From Candidatus Deferrimicrobiaceae bacterium (GTDB taxonomy: Bacteria; Desulfobacterota; Deferrimicrobia; Deferrimicrobiales; Deferrimicrobiaceae): 64,000 nucleotides of DNA. The first letter of the stretch is position 1. Every line of letters begins with the position of its first letter. The stretch is taken from the NCBI GenBank assembly GCA_963792415.1, contig CAWBVY010000009.1, positions 64,001 through 128,000 of the forward strand. The letters are read 5' to 3'. Below are positions 59,132 to 64,000 of the stretch, piece after piece. The notes beneath the pieces are model-generated. The model saw only the letters and a list, made by a program, of their open reading frames with translations, made no database searches and was not told where the DNA came from. Made by a program: the position numbers and the translations under genes.

Positions 59132-59355
59132 TTAGCGTGATCCCTTTGCAAGTTCCTCGAGGGTAGCCGCCAGGGGGCCACCCCTCGACATCGATGAGGC
59201 ATGAGCGGGGGTACCCCCGTTAGCGGCTCCCCTTTGTAAGTTCCTCAAGGGTGTCGTCAGGGGGGCACCCCTCGACATCGATGAGGCATGAGCGGGGGTA
59301 ATCCCTTCAGCGGCTCCCCTTTGTGAGTTCCTCGAGGGTAGCCGCCAGGGGACCA
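59132..59355. repeat. about 2.5 copies of an 87-88 bp unit (Kef 3' end plus invariant 35-bp element)
   Basis: Units start at 59132, 59220 and 59307; CACCCCTCGACATCGATGAGGCATGAGCGGGGGTA identical at 59179 and 59266. Confidence 0.9.
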
Positions 59356-61319
59356 TGCCCGCCGAAGAAGACGAGCTTGTCCCCCGCCTCGATCTTCTCC
59401 CCCGGGGACGGCTGCACGATCGCGCGGTCCCCCCGAAGGACGGCGAGGACGACGACCCCGTCGCCGTTCCCGGCCGGAAGATCCCCCAGGGTCCGTCCCG
59501 CCCACGGCGAGTCCGGGGAAACGAAGAAGACCTCGATCACCTTCTGCCGCAGGAACGCTTCGAACTCCGGCAGCATTCCGTCGTCCCTTGAAGGAACACG
59601 TTCCCGCAGGATCCTGTACGTCCCGCTGCGGATCAGTTCATCCTGCTGCGAGATGATGTGCTCGGGGACGTGGTACTCCCGCAGGACCCGGGAGAAGATC
59701 TCCACCGACGTCTCGAACTCCTCCGGGATGACCGCGTTCGCCCCCAGGGCGATCAGGTCGTCCACGTCCGCCACGAACCGCGTCCGAACGAGGATGACCA
59801 GCCGCGGGTTGGCCCGCCGGGCCACCGCCACGGCGCGGCGGGTCGCCATCGGGTCGGAGATGGCCAGCACCAGCATGCGGGCCTGGCCCACCCCGACGCG
59901 GTCGAGGATTTCCGGGTTGTTCACGTCCCCGTAGAAGATCGGCTCCCCCGCCTCCCGGCCTTCCCGCACCAACGCGTCGTTCAGGTCGACCACGACGTAG
60001 GGAACGTGCGTCGAGCGCAGCACGCGGGCGAGGTTCTTCCCGTTCATCCCGTACCCGGAAACGATCACGTGGTTCTCGACCCGCACCACTTGAGGCGACT
60101 CCCCGCCGTCGGCCTCCTCCCCCGAATCCTCCGCCTTCACACCGCGAAAGAAGTGCCCGACGATGGATCTCGCCGCCTGCGGGGCCGCCCCCATGAGGAA
60201 CGGCGTAGACACCATCGTGAGGATGGCGACCGCGAGGAGGTACTGGTACACATTCGCTCCCACCAGTCCGTTCCGGGATCCCTCGGACATCAGGAGGAAC
60301 GAGAATTCCCCGATCTGCCCCAGCCCGATCCCGGCGATCAAAGAGACCCTCCAGGGGTACTCCATGGTCCGGATCGCGCCGGCGGCGCAGATCCCCTTCA
60401 CCAGCACGACCCCGATGGAAAAAAGAAGGATCACCGGGAGGTGACGCATGAGAAACGTAAGGTCGAGCAGCATCCCGACGGAGATGAAGAACACCCCGTT
60501 GAAGACGTCCCGGAAGGGGAAGATCTGGGCGGCGATCTCGTGGACGTAGACCGACTCGGAGATCACCAGGCCGGCGAGAAACGCCCCCATCGCCAGGGAG
60601 AGCCCCCACCACTGGGCGATCCACGCCGTCCCGAGGATGAGGCACATCACCGTCATCGCCAGGATTTCCCGGCTGTTCAGCCGGATGACTTCCTTGAGGA
60701 GGAGCGGGACCAGGAAACGGGACACCAGAAGGATTACCGCGACGCCCACCCCCGCCTTGGCCAGCGTGAACGCCACGGTGGAGAATTGCGCCGTCTCCCA
60801 CTGCCGGAACGAGGGGATGAGCAGGATCATCGGGATCACGGCCATGTCCTGGAACAGCAGGATGCTGGTCGAGATCTTCCCGTGGCCGCTGTCGATCTCC
60901 ATCCGGTCGGCGTACACCTTCAGGACGATCGCCGTGCTCGAAAGGGACAGGACGAACCCGATGAAGATCGCCTCCGGGAGGGGAAACCTCGCGAGGGAAA
61001 GGACGGCCACGGTGAGCAGGATCGTCGCCGAGAGCTGGAGCCCACCCCCCTGCAGGATCTGCCGGCGCATCTTCCCCAGGTTCGCAAGGGAGATCTCCAG
61101 CCCGACGGTGAACAGCAGGAGGGCGACGCCGATCTCGGCGAGGGAATCGACCATCCCGGACTCGGCCACCAGCCCCGCCCCGGTCGGGCCGAGGATGGCG
61201 CCGGCGACCAGGAACGCCGCCACGACGGACAGGTGGAGCCGCCCGAACAGGAGCGCAACCGCCGTGGCGATCGCCAGGACGATGGACAGGTCGCGAAGGA
61301 CCAGAGGAAGGTCGGTCAA
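59307..61319 (-). CDS. CPA2 cation:proton antiporter (KefB/C-like) with TrkA-N and TrkA-C domains
   Basis: LSSTAIV, LLFQD, FF.SVGM, QIGEFSF, GYG..G, YGD. Confidence 0.92.
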   Translation of the reverse strand: MTDLPLVLRDLSIVLAIATAVALLFGRLHLSVVAAFLVAGAILGPTGAGLVAESGMVDSLAEIGVALLLFTVGLEISLANLGKMRRQILQGGGLQLSATILLTVAVLSLARFPLPEAIFIGFVLSLSSTAIVLKVYADRMEIDSGHGKISTSILLFQDMAVIPMILLIPSFRQWETAQFSTVAFTLAKAGVGVAVILLVSRFLVPLLLKEVIRLNSREILAMTVMCLILGTAWIAQWWGLSLAMGAFLAGLVISESVYVHEIAAQIFPFRDVFNGVFFISVGMLLDLTFLMRHLPVILLFSIGVVLVKGICAAGAIRTMEYPWRVSLIAGIGLGQIGEFSFLLMSEGSRNGLVGANVYQYLLAVAILTMVSTPFLMGAAPQAARSIVGHFFRGVKAEDSGEEADGGESPQVVRVENHVIVSGYGMNGKNLARVLRSTHVPYVVVDLNDALVREGREAGEPIFYGDVNNPEILDRVGVGQARMLVLAISDPMATRRAVAVARRANPRLVILVRTRFVADVDDLIALGANAVIPEEFETSVEIFSRVLREYHVPEHIISQQDELIRSGTYRILRERVPSRDDGMLPEFEAFLRQKVIEVFFVSPDSPWAGRTLGDLPAGNGDGVVVLAVLRGDRAIVQPSPGEKIEAGDKLVFFGGHGPLAATLEELTKGSR

Positions 61320-61530
61320 CGTTTCTCCCGGAGGCGGGGTGCCTGTATCAGTCTACCAGTCCGGGGGACCTCGAGTGAACCGGCCCCACCCGGGGAGGGG
61401 AAATATCCCCTGAAGTTCTCCTGAAGGAATTCCGAAGAGAGAATGCAGAAGAACGGTACCACCTGCCTCCCTTCCCAGGGGGGGCAATTAGCCCGCACAC
61501 CCCTCCAACGGTACGCGGGCGACACAAACG

Positions 61531-61564
61531 GTCCCTCGGGGTTCCCGCCTGCGCCCCGAGGGAC
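61531..61564 (-). terminator. hairpin terminator after CoA-transferase genes
   Basis: GTCCCTCGGGG / CCCCGAGGGAC followed by GTTTGT on the minus strand. Confidence 0.55.
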
Positions 61565-61585
61565 TCGCTTTCCCCGTGCGTCCCG

Positions 61586-62905
61586 TCAAAACGTCCCGGA
61601 CTCCGACAGTCGACGGTACTCCTCCTCCGTCATCCCGAGGATTCCGAGGTACACGTCCCGGTTGTCCGACCCCGGGGGCCGGCACCCCGACTTCCACCGT
61701 GCCGGGGTCCCGCTCATCTTCCAGGGCGGGGCGGCGAGCAGCAGATCGCCGTAGACAGGGTCCCGGGCGCGCAGGAAGCACCCTCTCTCCCGCCAATGCT
61801 CCTCGGAGAGCGTCTCGAGTGGGCGGTTCACCCGCCCCGTGACCACGGCGGCTCCGGGACCGCCCCGCTTCGAGGTGTACTCCTCCACCGTCCTGAGGAT
61901 CTCGTCGGCCGTGCGGTCGCAGGACCACTCCTCGAGGATCGAAAGGAGCGCCCGTTCGTTCTCGAGGGCGACCCGGCGCTTCGGCGTGGAGAACCGCGGA
62001 TCGCGGGCCACTTCCGGACGGCCGATGATGTGCATCAGCGAATCGAACGCCTCGTCGTTATAGGCGGCGAGGAAGGTGTAGCCGTCCCGGCAGCGGATGT
62101 AGGTGTACGGGAAGACGGCGGGGTCGAAGTTCCCGACCCGCTGGCGCGCCTTTCCCCCCGTGTGCATCCAGGTGATGTTGTAGTCCGCGAACATCATCAA
62201 CGACTCGGCGCCCGAGAGGTCCACGACCTGGCCCTTCCCGGTCTCCGCGCGGAAATGCAGCGCCGCGAGAACCCCGTAGGCTCCCCACAGCCCCTGGACG
62301 AACGCCCCGTGCCAGTTGCCGAGGCGGGTCGGGGCCTCGTGCGGCAGCGGTGTGCCGTCCTCCCGCTCCGGCTCCCCGACGATGTGCGGGGCGCCGGAGA
62401 GCGCCTGGCAGAGGATGTCGCTGTCCCGCACGGGACGGGAGGCGTCGGGACCGAACGCGCCGTAGGTGGAGAGGGAAAGATAGACGATCCCCGGGCGCTC
62501 CCCGCGCAGGGAGAGGTAGTCGCACCGCATCGCCTCCATGCGCTCCGGCGGCTCCGTCGTTATGATCACGTCCGCGGAGAGGGCAAGGCGCCGGAAGACG
62601 TCCCGCCCGGCGGGGTCGTCGGCGTCGAGGGTGACGAAGCGTCGGTTGCGCGCCTCGGAGAGGAAAGGGAGCCCCGTCCCGGCCACCAGGATCTCCTCGG
62701 GGGCCACGAGGCGGAGCGGATCGCCATCCGGAGGCTCCACCTTGATCGTTTCCGCGCCGAATTCCGCCAGGACCGAGGCGGCCACCATCCCCCCGAAGTG
62801 GCCGGGGCAGAATTCCAGGACCCGGATTCCTTCGAGCGCCTCGGGCTTCCCCGCCGCGGACGAAGGCTCCGTCGCCTCCCGCACCCACGCCGTGAAACCG
62901 CTCAT
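61586..62905 (-). CDS. family III CoA-transferase subunit (CaiB/BaiF)
   Basis: LEGIRVLE, GAE.IKVEPP.GD, YGAFGP, G.GQ.VDLS. Confidence 0.88.
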   Translation of the reverse strand: MSGFTAWVREATEPSSAAGKPEALEGIRVLEFCPGHFGGMVAASVLAEFGAETIKVEPPDGDPLRLVAPEEILVAGTGLPFLSEARNRRFVTLDADDPAGRDVFRRLALSADVIITTEPPERMEAMRCDYLSLRGERPGIVYLSLSTYGAFGPDASRPVRDSDILCQALSGAPHIVGEPEREDGTPLPHEAPTRLGNWHGAFVQGLWGAYGVLAALHFRAETGKGQVVDLSGAESLMMFADYNITWMHTGGKARQRVGNFDPAVFPYTYIRCRDGYTFLAAYNDEAFDSLMHIIGRPEVARDPRFSTPKRRVALENERALLSILEEWSCDRTADEILRTVEEYTSKRGGPGAAVVTGRVNRPLETLSEEHWRERGCFLRARDPVYGDLLLAAPPWKMSGTPARWKSGCRPPGSDNRDVYLGILGMTEEEYRRLSESGTF

Positions 62906-64000
62906 GGCGCGCTTCCGCCCGGCGGCCGGGCGCCGGGGATGTCTGCCCACTTCCCGATCACCTTCTTCCGGGAGAGCGCCTCCATCTCCTCAGCGGTCAT
63001 CCCCAGCAGATCCCCGAAGACCCGCTCGTTGTGCCAGCCCACCGGTTTCGCGCTCCACTTGACCCTCCCCGGGCTCTCCGAGAGCTTCGGCGCCGGCCCG
63101 TACTCGTCCACGCGCCCGTAGAGGGGATCGTCCACCGAACAGACCGTTCCGCGGGCCCGCAGGTGCGGGTCGTGGTAATGATCCTTCCCTCCCCGCACCG
63201 GCGCCGCCGAGAATCCGGCGTCTTCCGCGATGCGCACGACCTCGTCGACCCTCCGGGAGGCGCAAAACCCCGCGACGAGTTCCGGCGTGGCGACACGCAT
63301 CTCCTCCGGATCGGTGGCCCCGAGTGCGTGCGCGAGAGGGATCAACTCCTCCTCGTCCCGCGCCGAGACCGCCACGAACCCGTCGCGGCAGCGGTAGATT
63401 CCGGAGGGGGGGTACGAGGGATCGACGTTTCCGTTCCGCGCGCGGTCCTTTCCCGTCAACCCGGCGTACGGCCACGTCCAGTCCAGCGTGCGGATCATCG
63501 CCTCGGCCTGGGAAAGGTCGATCATCTGCCCTTCGCCGGTCTTCCGGCGCGCGGCAAGGGCGGCGAGGATCGCGGTGGCGGACATCAACGCCGCCGTGTA
63601 GTCCCCGACCCAGAACCCCGCCTTCATCGGGGGCTGGTCCGGAAACCCCGTGACGGCGGAGAAACCGGAAACGGCCTGGGCGGTCGCGTCGTACGACGCC
63701 CTCCCCGCCGAGAACGGCCCCCATTGCCCGAACCCCGAGTTGGCGGCGTAGACGATCCGGGGATTCCGCTCGCGAAGCTGGAGGTACCCGACGCCCCACG
63801 CGTCCATCGTTCCGGCGCGGAGATTCTCCAGAACCACATCGGACCGCTCGGCGAGCCGAAGGAAGAGCTCCTTCCCCTCGGCCGGGTGCAGGTCGAGCCC
63901 CACGTGGAGCTTGTTCCGGTTCAGGGGGAGGAAGGCCGGCGACACCTCCTTCCAGAAGAACCCTTCGGGCGCCACGTATCGCATCAGGTCGCCGCGGGGG
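62902..64000 (-). CDS. family III CoA-transferase subunit, 5' end outside window
   Basis: NRNK, DV.LEN.R.G, SGFGQ.GP, YD..AQA, GD, GQMIDLS. Confidence 0.9.
   Translation of the reverse strand, partial: PRGDLMRYVAPEGFFWKEVSPAFLPLNRNKLHVGLDLHPAEGKELFLRLAERSDVVLENLRAGTMDAWGVGYLQLRERNPRIVYAANSGFGQWGPFSAGRASYDATAQAVSGFSAVTGFPDQPPMKAGFWVGDYTAALMSATAILAALAARRKTGEGQMIDLSQAEAMIRTLDWTWPYAGLTGKDRARNGNVDPSYPPSGIYRCRDGFVAVSARDEEELIPLAHALGATDPEEMRVATPELVAGFCASRRVDEVVRIAEDAGFSAAPVRGGKDHYHDPHLRARGTVCSVDDPLYGRVDEYGPAPKLSESPGRVKWSAKPVGWHNERVFGDLLGMTAEEMEALSRKKVIGKWADIPGARPPGGSAP

Noticed and set aside
59132-59355. CRISPR array
   Set aside because: Only two repeats; the intervening segments are homologous to each other and to the Kef gene end; no cas genes or leader.
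61320-61530. c-di-AMP riboswitch upstream of the Kef antiporter
   Set aside because: No GCUGAA/GGGGGA consensus seen; a TTCACT-18-TAGACT promoter close to the start explains the region.

Overview
High-GC bacterial chromosomal window, densely coding (about 60 CDSs), with no rRNA, tRNA, CRISPR array, integrase or transposase that I could recognise. The gene mix suggests a deltaproteobacteria-like organism (inference only). It is a mosaic of short accessory blocks: USP/MFS/nitroreductase, GT2-GtrA plus GT39, a GGDEF protein, malic enzyme, a sugar ABC transporter, GT4 plus six-hairpin glycosidase, tarD, cydAB-lgt-like-VIT1, glucoamylase/gnd, two ECF sigma/anti-sigma modules, bactofilin-M23, an orphan pseudopilin next to an HD-GYP sensor, ABC-AttH-lipocalin-SOUL, a PEP-utiliser, a probable selenocysteine peroxiredoxin, a Kef antiporter and two CoA-transferases. 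Main unexplained signal: several accessory blocks are bracketed by slightly diverged 22-72 bp direct repeats that copy the very start or end of a neighbouring gene (prmA-like 3' end, thioesterase 5' end, PEP-utiliser 3' end). The Kef 3' end is also triplicated around an invariant 35-bp element. This looks like repeated gene-terminus-targeted insertion with no recombinase nearby. Other highlights: identical divergent ECF promoter motifs (GCGGGAATA-N16-GGTATA), a UGA codon in the loop of a perfect 10-bp hairpin, a HipA/PI3K-like pseudokinase, and a candidate structured leader or sRNA. All alignments and folds were done by eye.
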